This document shows, piece by piece, positions 26,938-35,475 of a stretch of 64,000 nucleotides of DNA. Below the pieces are notes generated by a model, which saw only the letters and a program-made list of their open reading frames with translations, was not told the origin of the DNA and ran no database searches. The DNA lies in IMG/VR virus record IMGVR_UViG_3300020429_000539, positions 44,263 to 108,262 of that record; one strand, given 5' to 3'. The number at the start of each line of letters is the position of its first letter. Position 1 is the stretch's first letter. Source of the DNA: a virus (taxonomy: Duplodnaviria > Heunggongvirae > Uroviricota > Caudoviricetes). A program made the translations under genes and the position numbers.

Positions 26938-29900
26938 TTAGAATAGTCTAAACTGAACTTTTACAATTTTACTCTTGAAATTTGGGTTGTTAGGGTCAAA
27001 GTACCTGGCTTTGATAACAGTGTTATCAACACCAGTCAAGTTTTGAAATACCCTAAACGGTCCTGTATACAGCTTACTCTTACTCGTTGGATTTCTGTTG
27101 TTTGTCGTATAACGAATTTCTTGCCCTCTAGGTATGGCTCCAAAGTCAATCGTAACAGGCCCTCTAATTTGAGGGTTGCCTATACTCTTCTCCAGAAGAG
27201 GGTCAACTCCTGCTCGTGCAGAAGAAATGCCTCTGATGTTGACTGTAGGAGTAGAATTATTACTGGAGATTAAAGACAAGGGTCTACGTGGTCTACTGTT
27301 ACCTGCGTCAGGCTCCGGCTCAGGGTCAGGCGTAACTATAATAGTAGGAGCCCCATCGACTGCTCCTATAGCGGAAGTTGCATCGTATACTATCGCGTTT
27401 CCGTATATATCAACAGGTCGGCGGAATCCTGCTCCGTGGAAATAGAGTCTATTGTCAACAACAGATACGGGCTCATAATTGCTTCCAAGGGTGATTTCGC
27501 CTGTAGAGGTCCAGTCGCCTCTTTCGGTTCCTGATATGAAGTGATTATTGTTGATTGCAACTTCATTACCATCATCGTTCATTTGTAAAAAGATAGAATC
27601 GAGAATGGCGCAGTTAATTTCTGTTTCATCACCAAATGCAAAATTGCAACCAATGTGCGTAACAGCGTCCCAAACAACATGCTCTTTCTTGGTGTTCCAT
27701 TGCGTTTGCGCCGAACCAACTCCGTCATGATCTATGATAACATTTACGATAGCTGTATTGCGAGTTGTATCGTTTGCTGCATTATTATCAAACCAAGGTT
27801 GAGGATTAGCTTCAGTGCTAGAGAAGTAGTAAGAATCATAGTTTCCGCTTAAGATGCCTTCGTGATAATGATCAACAATTTTTAGGTAGCCATCTGCGGT
27901 GCTGCTAGGTATATCTTCAGAAACAGTAATAGTTGTATTCGTGGAAAATGATATATTTGATACAGTGTAGAAGCCATCATTTCCTGTGCTACCTTTGATC
28001 TCGATTTGGCGACCAACGACAATATCGTCAGTTAAGTCTGTATCATTTACGGTAAAAGTGTCAGCAGCGGTAGAAACCGCATCAACTGAATATCGACTAT
28101 CAGTAATAAATTGTCCTGAATCTGCATGCGCAACAATATAAGTCCATACCACATCAGATGATGCAAGCAACTCTGCTGTGTCATCGGGGTCCTCTACATC
28201 GATAGTGAATCCATCGCTATCAACGCCGCTTGTAACAATGTCCCAAAGATTATCAGAGTCTAACGAAGCAGAAGCAGCGTTGACAACTCGCAGTTTTTCA
28301 CCAGCAAAGCCGCTCCCGTATAATGTGGGACTACCAGAGAAAGCTATTCTTGTTTTACCAGCTTCAGGAGTATCGGCTGTTACGCTGCTAATGGTTAGTG
28401 TGTTTTCTAGACTTTTTCTCTGTTTAAAGTCCTGTGTAGGGCGGAAAAGACAATATCCCATACCATAAGAACCTGGATGGTTTTGAGAGACATAGATAAT
28501 AGAGTCAAAAGAGGCCACTACCTTTTGACCATATATACAAGAAGCGCCTGTAGGGCCAAGATAGTTGTCCCAGTACCCACCTATCAGGGTGCATCTTTGG
28601 CCTTCATTGCCACGGAGCATCTGTTGTGTGACTTCTCCGTCACGATAGCCATAAGTAGGCCCTGTTGCTCCATTGCTATCAACCCAGCTACAGTTGATAA
28701 AAGTTGTTACGCTTGGTATTCTGAGACTGCCGTCTACTGTGCTATCTTGAATATCTTCTACAAATACAACAGTTGTTGATCCGCTAGATTCGCTAAGCGT
28801 GTCTATGGTCCACCAACCTGTTTTGCCTGTAGAAGACGTGAGATAAACTCTATCGCCAGGAGCAAGAACATTTGTTAGGTCGGAGGCAACTGTTACAGAA
28901 TCATTAGCTGTTGAAACTGCCGTTATAGTATAATTGATTAATGAACCGTAATAATATGCAATGTCATCGGTTCTGAATTCTATATTCTTAAAGAAGATAC
29001 GCTGTAGCTTAGGCCTAAATAAATTCTCTTTACCCGGGCCACCAACAATAATATCGCCTAAAGATTTTCCATTTGCAGGTTCTACAAGAGTAGGTCGAGA
29101 AAGAATGTTATTAGAGCCAGATTCAGAAGTCGGCCAAGTGAAACTGCCTCCTGCATCAGACAGAATAATCGCCTCATTTTCTTCAGCATCTCGCAGTGCA
29201 TCGAATAGAGTATCAGCATCAACATGCGAAACAGAAGTTCTTGTTGAGTACAAGTCTCCAACGCTGCCAGCATTAGGATTGAATGTAACAGTAAACTTGA
29301 CTACGCGATTTAGGCCATTAATAGGGACGATATTAACAAATATGTCTACATCTCCCTGTAATGGACTTGCTTCAGACAGATCAATGGTAGCCTTGTAACC
29401 CCATAAAGTATCAATTCCTTCATTGATCAAATCAGAATGAATCGGTATGTTATTGTCATCTGTTACTAAGCCAGTGGTTTGCGTATAAATGCGTTTCTTT
29501 GTGCCTTCGCAATAAAAGTCTACATATGCAATACCGCCTGGGTCTTCTGTTCCTGCTGGAACAAATACGTCTAACGTGTTACTCTCAGTATAGAGCCAGG
29601 AACCATAGGCCGCAATCCAAGGGCGTCCAAATACTCTGTATGAGAATCCGGAGCCTTCAGCAGTGGAGCTTTCCGTGGGAACTGCTTCACCTCCACCACC
29701 ACTATTGCTGTATCCTGAGCCTCTTGAGCCATCCCAATCATCATGAGGCGAGATAGTCCTTGTTTCGCTCGTATCGCGCAGTGTAAAGGTAAACGTGTGG
29801 GTATAGTCTGCGAGTTCGCTGCTTGATATTGTTAGCGTGCCTGATTGGCTATCGCCGTTGGAGCCAGACGTTGTAAGAGCAATGATGAGATCATCTTCGC

Positions 29901-30798
29901 TTCCTGATGACAGCGATGATGGCAAGTCTGTGTCTATGGAGATATCGCCAGAGACAGATGTAGAAATACTTGTCAAATCGGCGTCACCTGTATTCTTGAA
30001 CCGCAAACGCGATTTGTATGAACCACCAAGTTCTATATTGCCAAGATTTAGAGATCCTGCCGATGTAAGAGAGTTGTTATCAATCCATTCAAGAACAATA
30101 GTAGGAGTAGGCGATTCAAAGAGATTAGAGTCGTTCCATACAGGGTTGCCTTGCCATCCGAGGGTATCAAAGTCTACGCTATCTCCGCCCTTGTCAGTAG
30201 CCGTATTCAGTCCATCTACAAAGTTATAGAATGCAACTTTTCGCCCGCTGCTGCGCTCGGTCGAAATATCGATAACGCTGTTGAATTCATTTGTGTATGC
30301 ATCGCCAGATCCAGCCACAAAACTTGAGATTTCGTCTGATGTAAACTTTCTGTCTAACCAAATAACTTGGTGAATTTCGACATCAAGGCTTGTAGTAGAA
30401 GCACCAGATGTAAGATTTGCTCCGGTGTTTTCTATATTTGACAACGCTGTGTCTGTATCAAATGCAGATGTTGAGTTGATGAACGCGCGGCTCACATTCC
30501 CGCTTGTATCAAAATCGCCTACGATGACATAGTTACCGTTTGATGCAGCCGGACCTGTAAGAGTAACAGTGCCATTCGATTCTGTAAAAAACTGAACCCA
30601 AAAGGTTCCAGTTTGAATCTTAACTGCAAAGTGATTGTTTGATGTATTGAAAATTTCAGACGAACCAGAAGTAAAGTCTGTGATTTTAAATGCGATGGCA
30701 AATCCCATAGCCGCTGCATTTTGAACAGTGGTCGATTGTGTCGAAGAGCGGTCTCGTGTCGCTGCACCATCAGTTTTTGCAGGATAACTTCTTGCCAT
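26938..30798 (-). CDS. large multidomain surface or virion protein (LamG-like, Ig-like, internal repeats, C-terminal FN3-associated domain)
   Basis: 1286 aa, Ser/Thr/Asp-rich; LGNIELGG...FKNTGDADL Ig-like motif; repeated Y.I.AVSTA.D..TV...G units; C-terminal IRYTTNNRNPT..SKLYTGPF. Confidence 0.65.
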   Translation of the reverse strand: MARSYPAKTDGAATRDRSSTQSTTVQNAAAMGFAIAFKITDFTSGSSEIFNTSNNHFAVKIQTGTFWVQFFTESNGTVTLTGPAASNGNYVIVGDFDTSGNVSRAFINSTSAFDTDTALSNIENTGANLTSGASTTSLDVEIHQVIWLDRKFTSDEISSFVAGSGDAYTNEFNSVIDISTERSSGRKVAFYNFVDGLNTATDKGGDSVDFDTLGWQGNPVWNDSNLFESPTPTIVLEWIDNNSLTSAGSLNLGNIELGGSYKSRLRFKNTGDADLTSISTSVSGDISIDTDLPSSLSSGSEDDLIIALTTSGSNGDSQSGTLTISSSELADYTHTFTFTLRDTSETRTISPHDDWDGSRGSGYSNSGGGGEAVPTESSTAEGSGFSYRVFGRPWIAAYGSWLYTESNTLDVFVPAGTEDPGGIAYVDFYCEGTKKRIYTQTTGLVTDDNNIPIHSDLINEGIDTLWGYKATIDLSEASPLQGDVDIFVNIVPINGLNRVVKFTVTFNPNAGSVGDLYSTRTSVSHVDADTLFDALRDAEENEAIILSDAGGSFTWPTSESGSNNILSRPTLVEPANGKSLGDIIVGGPGKENLFRPKLQRIFFKNIEFRTDDIAYYYGSLINYTITAVSTANDSVTVASDLTNVLAPGDRVYLTSSTGKTGWWTIDTLSESSGSTTVVFVEDIQDSTVDGSLRIPSVTTFINCSWVDSNGATGPTYGYRDGEVTQQMLRGNEGQRCTLIGGYWDNYLGPTGASCIYGQKVVASFDSIIYVSQNHPGSYGMGYCLFRPTQDFKQRKSLENTLTISSVTADTPEAGKTRIAFSGSPTLYGSGFAGEKLRVVNAASASLDSDNLWDIVTSGVDSDGFTIDVEDPDDTAELLASSDVVWTYIVAHADSGQFITDSRYSVDAVSTAADTFTVNDTDLTDDIVVGRQIEIKGSTGNDGFYTVSNISFSTNTTITVSEDIPSSTADGYLKIVDHYHEGILSGNYDSYYFSSTEANPQPWFDNNAANDTTRNTAIVNVIIDHDGVGSAQTQWNTKKEHVVWDAVTHIGCNFAFGDETEINCAILDSIFLQMNDDGNEVAINNNHFISGTERGDWTSTGEITLGSNYEPVSVVDNRLYFHGAGFRRPVDIYGNAIVYDATSAIGAVDGAPTIIVTPDPEPEPDAGNSRPRRPLSLISSNNSTPTVNIRGISSARAGVDPLLEKSIGNPQIRGPVTIDFGAIPRGQEIRYTTNNRNPTSKSKLYTGPFRVFQNLTGVDNTVIKARYFDPNNPNFKSKIVKVQFRLF

Positions 30799-30873
30799 AG
30801 GATACCTTTCTAGAACTCGGTATCAGTATATTCTTTATTGTTTTCAGAATACCTTTAGGCGTCGAAGCCAAAA

Positions 30874-30903
30874 TTGACCAGGTCGGATTCGAACCGACTA
30901 CCT
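30874..30903 (-). pseudogene. 3' part of a split tRNA (CAU)
   Basis: AGGTA-GTCGG-TTCGAAT-CCGAC-CTGGTCA-A; the acceptor strand is complementary to TGACCAG at 31519-31525. Confidence 0.8.
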
Positions 30904-31347
30904 GGATTTAGCCCAGCCAAATTGCTTAGCTGTTTTTCGCATATGACAGTTGGCACAGCGAAGTTCGCATTTGGCAATTTCTTTTTCAATCGTAGACCAT
31001 GAGTAGCACTGTGAGATCATTACAGATATAATCTCTTTCTTCTTTCCGCGAACATGGTCAAAGTGTAAAACAACAGGATCATTTTCTCCGCAATCCACAC
31101 AAGCTTTGCCAGAAAGGTACTCTATAAGCTTGTTTCTGTTAGATTCAATTTGTTTCTTAGAATGCCGTCTAGCTCTATCTTTGTAGATTTCTTTGTTTTC
31201 TTCGTAGTGTTTTTTAGAAGCTTGATTTGTGCAACTTCTACATCGAGAATGATATAGCTTTCTTTTCTTATCTTTGAAATTGAACTCTTTGGTAGACTTC
31301 GTTTTTTGACATCCAGAACAAGTTTTTGTATCCATGATTACCTCCAA
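30898..31347 (-). CDS. HNH endonuclease
   Basis: CxxC fingers; CVDCGENDPVVLHFDHVRG...KCELRCANCHMRK. Confidence 0.9.
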   Translation of the reverse strand: MEVIMDTKTCSGCQKTKSTKEFNFKDKKRKLYHSRCRSCTNQASKKHYEENKEIYKDRARRHSKKQIESNRNKLIEYLSGKACVDCGENDPVVLHFDHVRGKKKEIISVMISQCYSWSTIEKEIAKCELRCANCHMRKTAKQFGWAKSR

Positions 31348-31487
31348 GGATACTTTTCTTGCAAAGACTTGAATGTCTTTCTTTTATTTTGAATCTACAA
31401 AGAAGTAATAGGGCTACTCGGATTCGAACCGAGAACCTCGGAATTATGAGTTCCTTGCTCTGCCGTTGAGCTATAACCCCACGCGCA
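30904..31487 (-). mobile_element. HNH cassette carrying a replacement tRNA(CAU), inserted in a tRNA(CAU) gene
   Basis: Bounded by complementary tRNA pieces; contains an intact CAU tRNA and an HNH gene. Confidence 0.7.
31409..31480 (-). tRNA. tRNA(CAU), Met or Ile2; replacement copy
   Basis: GGAA-CTCATAA-TTCC; CTCGG-TTCGAAT-CCGAG. Confidence 0.85.
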
Positions 31488-31525
31488 TTATGAGTCGGGC
31501 GCTTAGCCGCTCAGCGCACTGGTCA
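31488..31525 (-). pseudogene. 5' part of the split tRNA(CAU)
   Basis: TGACCAG-TGCGCTGAGCGGCTAAGCG-CCCGA-CTCATAA-T, then breaks off. Confidence 0.8.
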
Positions 31526-31580
31526 AAAAGAAAGAGGCTTTCGCCTCTTTCTATGTTATCGTTTTTGTATTTTTAGAACT

Positions 31581-31922
31581 CTACCAGTCAATGAGTTCTT
31601 TTAGGCGTTCATTTGAGACGAATCGTTTCCATTTACCTGCTTTTATTTGAACAACGTCTTTTCCATCGGTTGTCGTTGTATGAGTCTCTTGCTCATCCCA
31701 TTGGTAGATAACAAATACGCCATCTTTGGTTTCTTCAAAGGTATAGTTGATAGAATAAACTTGAGGATATTCTTTATGGAAGTCTCCTCTTACCTCTTGA
31801 AGAACGACGGCCTGGTCTCCTGCTCTCGTGGCGTCAAAATGGGGATTGTCATAGCTGATGTCTGTCGCCTTCTGACAACCAGCAAGACAAAGGACTAGAA
31901 TGGTGGGGATTAGGTATTTCAT
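31581..31922 (-). CDS. putative lipoprotein
   Basis: MKYLIPTILVLCLAGC lipobox. Confidence 0.7.
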   Translation of the reverse strand: MKYLIPTILVLCLAGCQKATDISYDNPHFDATRAGDQAVVLQEVRGDFHKEYPQVYSINYTFEETKDGVFVIYQWDEQETHTTTTDGKDVVQIKAGKWKRFVSNERLKELIDW

Positions 31923-31973
31923 ACCTGGTACTTCGGTATGAACTTACCCCAATCCTCTGTTTCAAAGATTAAA

Positions 31974-32063
31974 CACTCCCGGAAGGATTCGAACCCTCAA
32001 CCACGGCCTTCGATGGCCTAAACCGGATAGAAGCCGGTTGCTCTACCATTGAGCTACGGGAGC
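31974..32063 (-). tRNA. tRNA-Arg(UCU) with a long variable arm
   Basis: ACCGG-CTTCTAT-CCGGT followed by GGCC-ATCGAA-GGCC. Confidence 0.75.
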
Positions 32064-32067
32064 AAAA

Positions 32068-32142
32068 CAACCCCACTAGGATTCGAACCTAGAACCTTCT
32101 GTTTAGGAAACAGACGCTCTGTCCTTATTGAGCTATGAGGTC
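32068..32142 (-). tRNA. tRNA-Arg(CCU)
   Basis: TCTGT-TTCCTAA-ACAGA. Confidence 0.85.
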
Positions 32143-32152
32143 AACAATCAAA

Positions 32153-32225
32153 CAGCCCTACCTGGAGTCGAACCAGGGCCGCATCCTTCGCAGGGATGTA
32201 TTCTATCCAATTAAACTATAGGGCT
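32153..32225 (-). tRNA. tRNA-Arg(GCG)
   Basis: CATCC-CTGCGAA-GGATG. Confidence 0.8.
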
Positions 32226-32228
32226 AAA

Positions 32229-32420
32229 TCAGTATCCATCGCCGCGTTCATAGTGACGATGAGACTTGCTGGGAGACCTGCTACCGCATACAGGACACTT
32301 TCTGCCAGGCGTAACAATATACCTGTCGCAGCCAAAGCACCAGTTGCTTTTACCTGCTCGACGAGGCCGCTGCGAAACATGCCTGTTTCGTTCCCAATCT
32401 TGTCTATCGTTCTTCTTCAT
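32229..32420 (-). CDS. small zinc-ribbon protein
   Basis: WCFGCD...KCPVCG. Confidence 0.55.
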   Translation of the reverse strand: MKKNDRQDWERNRHVSQRPRRAGKSNWCFGCDRYIVTPGRKCPVCGSRSPSKSHRHYERGDGY

Positions 32421-32422
32421 AA

Positions 32423-32548
32423 ACTCGCCGTCAGGATTCGAACCTGAAACTCCCCATTAGCAGTGGATAACCGTCAAACTATCGACTCCGAAGAGTAAGG
32501 CAGTGCCCAACGATGTTTTTTGGCGTTTTACCATTAAACTACAGCGAG
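32423..32548 (-). ncRNA. tRNA-shaped RNA containing a permuted Y-RNA-like module
   Basis: Acceptor CTCGCTG/CGGCGAG, D and T arms intact; insert CCTTA-CTC-TTCG-GAG-TCGATAG...GGTTATC. Confidence 0.7.
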
Positions 32549-32581
32549 AATAAATAGCTCCCATCTATTGACGAGAGCAAA

Positions 32582-32656
32582 TAGTCCCTGTCGGACTCGA
32601 ACCGACGACCTCTTGCGTGTCATGCAAGCGCTACTGGCCAACTGAGCTAAGGGACT
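32582..32656 (-). tRNA. tRNA-Val(GAC)
   Basis: CTTGC-ATGACAC-GCAAG. Confidence 0.85.
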
Positions 32657-32662
32657 GTAAAA

Positions 32663-32740
32663 CACAGGCGAAGGGACTCGAACCCCCATGTGTCCAAATT
32701 AACCTTTCTACTGGTTCGAAGCCAGAGGGTATACGCCTGC
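32663..32740 (-). tRNA. rearranged tRNA-like RNA with an Arg(UCG) anticodon arm and no normal D arm
   Basis: Acceptor GCAGGCG/CGCCTGT; CTGG-CTTCGAA-CCAG directly after TATACC; T arm GGGGG-TTCGAGT-CCCTT. Confidence 0.55.
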
Positions 32741-32746
32741 AACTAA

Positions 32747-32818
32747 ATCCCCCTCCCGGATTCGAACCGAGTTATCTGGCATACGAGGCCAGCGCATCTC
32801 CTACTATGCTTAGAGGGA
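32747..32818 (-). tRNA. tRNA-Thr(CGU)
   Basis: CTGGC-CTCGTAT-GCCAG. Confidence 0.8.
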
Positions 32819-33322
32819 ATCAACTTGAAACCACCAGAACGAATCGACTAAGTTCTGAGGTTTACCAAGCATCTCATCAACAGCCTGAACGAGGCCAGGC
32901 CACGTATCATTGTAGTCATGACCGCATATGATGCCACCCGATTTCAGCTTGGGCAGCCAAATAGAGACTTGTTCTTTCGTAGGCTCATAGTGATGGTTTG
33001 TGTCCACCATTACAAGGTCTATACTTGCATCATCAAAACTCTTGACAGCCTCAATGCCATCTTGTTCGATAATCGTAGCCGCGAAACCGCTCTGTCTAAA
33101 CCACTCGAAGAACGTGTTTCGTATCGTACGGTGCTGATGCAACCTCCAATCATCGATGCCAAAGAGCAGATTGTTGTTTTCTGCACAAACAGGTAAGATA
33201 TAGCTAAACGAACGACCTAGATATAAGCCAAACTCAACAATAACTCCATTGCGTATGTTTTGAACGAGGCCTGCATAAGCCTGTCCTTCTGCTTCTGAAA
33301 ACCATCCATAGGGTCGTTCCAT
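32810..33322 (-). CDS. class I SAM-dependent methyltransferase (Methyltransf_24-like)
   Basis: IVEFGLYLGRS, IDLVMVDTNHHY, LKSGGIICGHDY. Confidence 0.85.
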   Translation of the reverse strand: MERPYGWFSEAEGQAYAGLVQNIRNGVIVEFGLYLGRSFSYILPVCAENNNLLFGIDDWRLHQHRTIRNTFFEWFRQSGFAATIIEQDGIEAVKSFDDASIDLVMVDTNHHYEPTKEQVSIWLPKLKSGGIICGHDYNDTWPGLVQAVDEMLGKPQNLVDSFWWFQVDSL

Positions 33323-33360
33323 GTCTATGTTTTCAGAAGAAACGCAATAAAGCCTCTAAA

Positions 33361-33463
33361 TCCGGCAGCGGGAGTCGAACCCGCAACTCAGGTTGTCAAG
33401 ACCTGACAGACGGGGCACGGTGGCACATAACCGTCACGGCTTTACCTATTAAGCTACACCGGC
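33361..33463 (-). tRNA. tRNA-like RNA with a UGA (Ser) anticodon arm and an about 30-nt insert after the D arm
   Basis: TCAGGT-CTTGACA-ACCTGA; insert GACGG-TTAT...CCGTC between the D and anticodon arms. Confidence 0.55.
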
Positions 33464-34176
33464 ATGTTTGCCTGATAGCCAAGAAACTCAACCACTTCTT
33501 TATCTAGCAGAGAAGATAGTAGGTCCAGTGTCTTGCCATCGAAGCATGATAGGTATTGCTGTTGAGTGTACCATTCCGTGCCATCGAACCGCTCATTAGA
33601 TTCGATGCCATTTGTACCAACAATACCCTTGACAGTATATCGGCTATCAGCGTATTCCAAGCCAAATCGTTCTAGCTGAGAATCGTAATCCAATAACCAA
33701 TCTTCGTAGCGTATGAATACGCTATTTCTTTTTCCTCTCGCCCACTCTATCCATCCGCGATAGAGCCTATTCCATCGCAGAGCGAAGTCGATTGCGTCTT
33801 CTTCTCTGATATGTCTTACAGAGTATTTGAATGATTGAGCATAGGGCTTTTCATATAGCTTTTCTCGATAGTTGATGAAGCTGACGCAAGAAGCGAATGG
33901 ATTCTTGGCAACGAACACATATCGTATTCGGTTGCTCAAATAGGCGATGGTCATTTCAGGGGTTACGGAGTTTTCTAGTTTTTTCGCGTACCTGCGTGAC
34001 GACCAGTCTGGGTCCCAAGAACGGCTCGATGTGTCGATTTCATTCGGTATCGGGCCGTGCTTCCATCCAAACAGGTTCTTCAAACATTTGACGTTTTTGA
34101 AGCTGTTTGAGAGGATGATATCGGTGAGGTTGGTGCCTGACCTCTGTATGCCATATGTCTTGACGTAGATGGTCAT
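33454..34176 (-). CDS. sulfotransferase-like protein
   Basis: YGIQRSGTN, FVAKNPF, FIRYED. Confidence 0.7.
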   Translation of the reverse strand: MTIYVKTYGIQRSGTNLTDIILSNSFKNVKCLKNLFGWKHGPIPNEIDTSSRSWDPDWSSRRYAKKLENSVTPEMTIAYLSNRIRYVFVAKNPFASCVSFINYREKLYEKPYAQSFKYSVRHIREEDAIDFALRWNRLYRGWIEWARGKRNSVFIRYEDWLLDYDSQLERFGLEYADSRYTVKGIVGTNGIESNERFDGTEWYTQQQYLSCFDGKTLDLLSSLLDKEVVEFLGYQANMPV

Positions 34177-34192
34177 ACTCGTTTATCGGAAA

Positions 34193-34263
34193 ATCCCCCT
34201 GCCGGATTTGAACCGACACTACTTGAGTACAAAACAAGCGTGCTGCATTGACACTAAGAGGGA
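34193..34263 (-). tRNA. tRNA-Thr(UGU)
   Basis: CTTG-T-TTTGTAC-T-CAAG; T arm GTCGG-TTCAAAT-CCGGC. Confidence 0.7.
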
Positions 34264-34267
34264 GACA

Positions 34268-34572
34268 TCAGTCCAATATCTCTGATTGGTCTGGTTGGGA
34301 TGGCTGAGACTTATTCAACTGTTCGTATCTTTCTCGCTGCGCTTTTTCTTTGATAGATTGCTTGAGCGTACGAACCTCATCATCAGTCATCCATTCTTTC
34401 ATGCTTTTCATGTATGAAGACAGTTCATTAGCAGATTGTAAATTGATTAGCTTTAGCCAACCATGGTTTTCTCTGATTTCGAACAAATATTCTTGCCAAA
34501 AATCATCGTAAGCTATATTGTTTCTTACAAAAGGAACACAATCTTTTGTTCGATGGTCTGCTTCATACATCA
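34268..34572 (-). CDS. hypothetical protein
   Basis: MMYEADHRTK... (start trimmed to avoid the tRNA; 5' end approximate). Confidence 0.5.
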
Positions 34573-34587
34573 TGTACCTTTCTAGAA

Positions 34588-34660
34588 AGCCTGCGAGAGG
34601 ACTCGAACCCCCGACCGGAGCTTTACAAAAGCTCTGCTCTACCAACTGAGCTACACAGGC
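34588..34660 (-). tRNA. tRNA-Thr(UGU)
   Basis: GAGCT-TTTGTAA-AGCTC. Confidence 0.9.
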
Positions 34661-34667
34661 AAAAACA

Positions 34668-34758
34668 GAATGAGTAAGTTATGCAGATAGGCTCGTGGGA
34701 GTCGAACCCACAGCGCCGAAGCGCCTACATCAGGTAACCTAAAAGCTTCGACTCATTC
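34668..34758 (-). ncRNA. Y-RNA-like RNA with a tRNA T-arm minihelix
   Basis: Terminal stem GAATGAG/CTCATTC; GTCGAAG...GGTTAC; 3' CTTAC; internal GTGGG-TTCGACT-CCCAC. Confidence 0.7.
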
Positions 34759-34998
34759 GTTTTTCTTTTTCAGTTTATCGACCATTTCTTGAGCGGAGCC
34801 AATCAATGCGCCGATGGCGCTTAGATGTTCAGGGAAAGGATGCTGACCGTTGCTAGAGGCATGGTAATCTTGAAGCATACCTCCAAAATGCTTTTCAGCG
34901 CGGTCTATAACTCCCTGCCAGTGCTTGATTATTGCTGATTGGCTTTCGCTCATAACTGTATGTTCTTCAGGTTGCCAAGGGTAACGTGATATCCCCAC
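34753..34998 (-). CDS. hypothetical protein
   Basis: Short ORF whose stop overlaps the Y-like RNA start. Confidence 0.45.
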   Translation of the reverse strand: MGISRYPWQPEEHTVMSESQSAIIKHWQGVIDRAEKHFGGMLQDYHASSNGQHPFPEHLSAIGALIGSAQEMVDKLKKKNE

Positions 34999-35339
34999 GG
35001 TTTCTTGGGCAATCCCAGTTCTTTTCTGATTTCATCAAGGCGAGGACATTGAACGTCAATCCAAAATGACCTGCCATCTGTATCGACCTTCGGCTCGAAG
35101 GTAAACCACACGACCTCGTTGTCATACGGTTTCATCTCATCGAGTCCTACTACTCGGCTGTCCTTTTCTCCCGCGAGAAACGTGATGTGACAGCCGTTCA
35201 TTGGAAGTTGCCACGGCATTCCACGTTTGGATTGAAACCAGTTGTAGTAGGCTGCGAAGTCATCGCATACGTCAACGCCATACCAGCCAGGCTTTTGCCC
35301 TGTGCGTTTGATATCGATGTGTCCGTATGCTTGAAGCAC
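34950..35339 (-). CDS. 2H phosphoesterase family protein
   Basis: Two HxT motifs: GCHITFL and GYHVTLG. Confidence 0.75.
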   Translation of the reverse strand: MLQAYGHIDIKRTGQKPGWYGVDVCDDFAAYYNWFQSKRGMPWQLPMNGCHITFLAGEKDSRVVGLDEMKPYDNEVVWFTFEPKVDTDGRSFWIDVQCPRLDEIRKELGLPKKPWGYHVTLGNLKNIQL

Positions 35340-35374
35340 GAACCATTATAGGCTTTTGATGCTTCACTCGAAAG

Positions 35375-35450
35375 TAGTCCCGAGAGGACTTGAACCTCCA
35401 CATGACCCTGGGTGTAAACCAGGCGCTCTGGCCAATTGAGCTACGGGACC
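35375..35450 (-). tRNA. tRNA-Val(UAC)
   Basis: CCTGG-TTTACAC-CCAGG. Confidence 0.9.
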
Positions 35451-35475
35451 AAATGCGCCCGAAGGCGCTTGTGTG

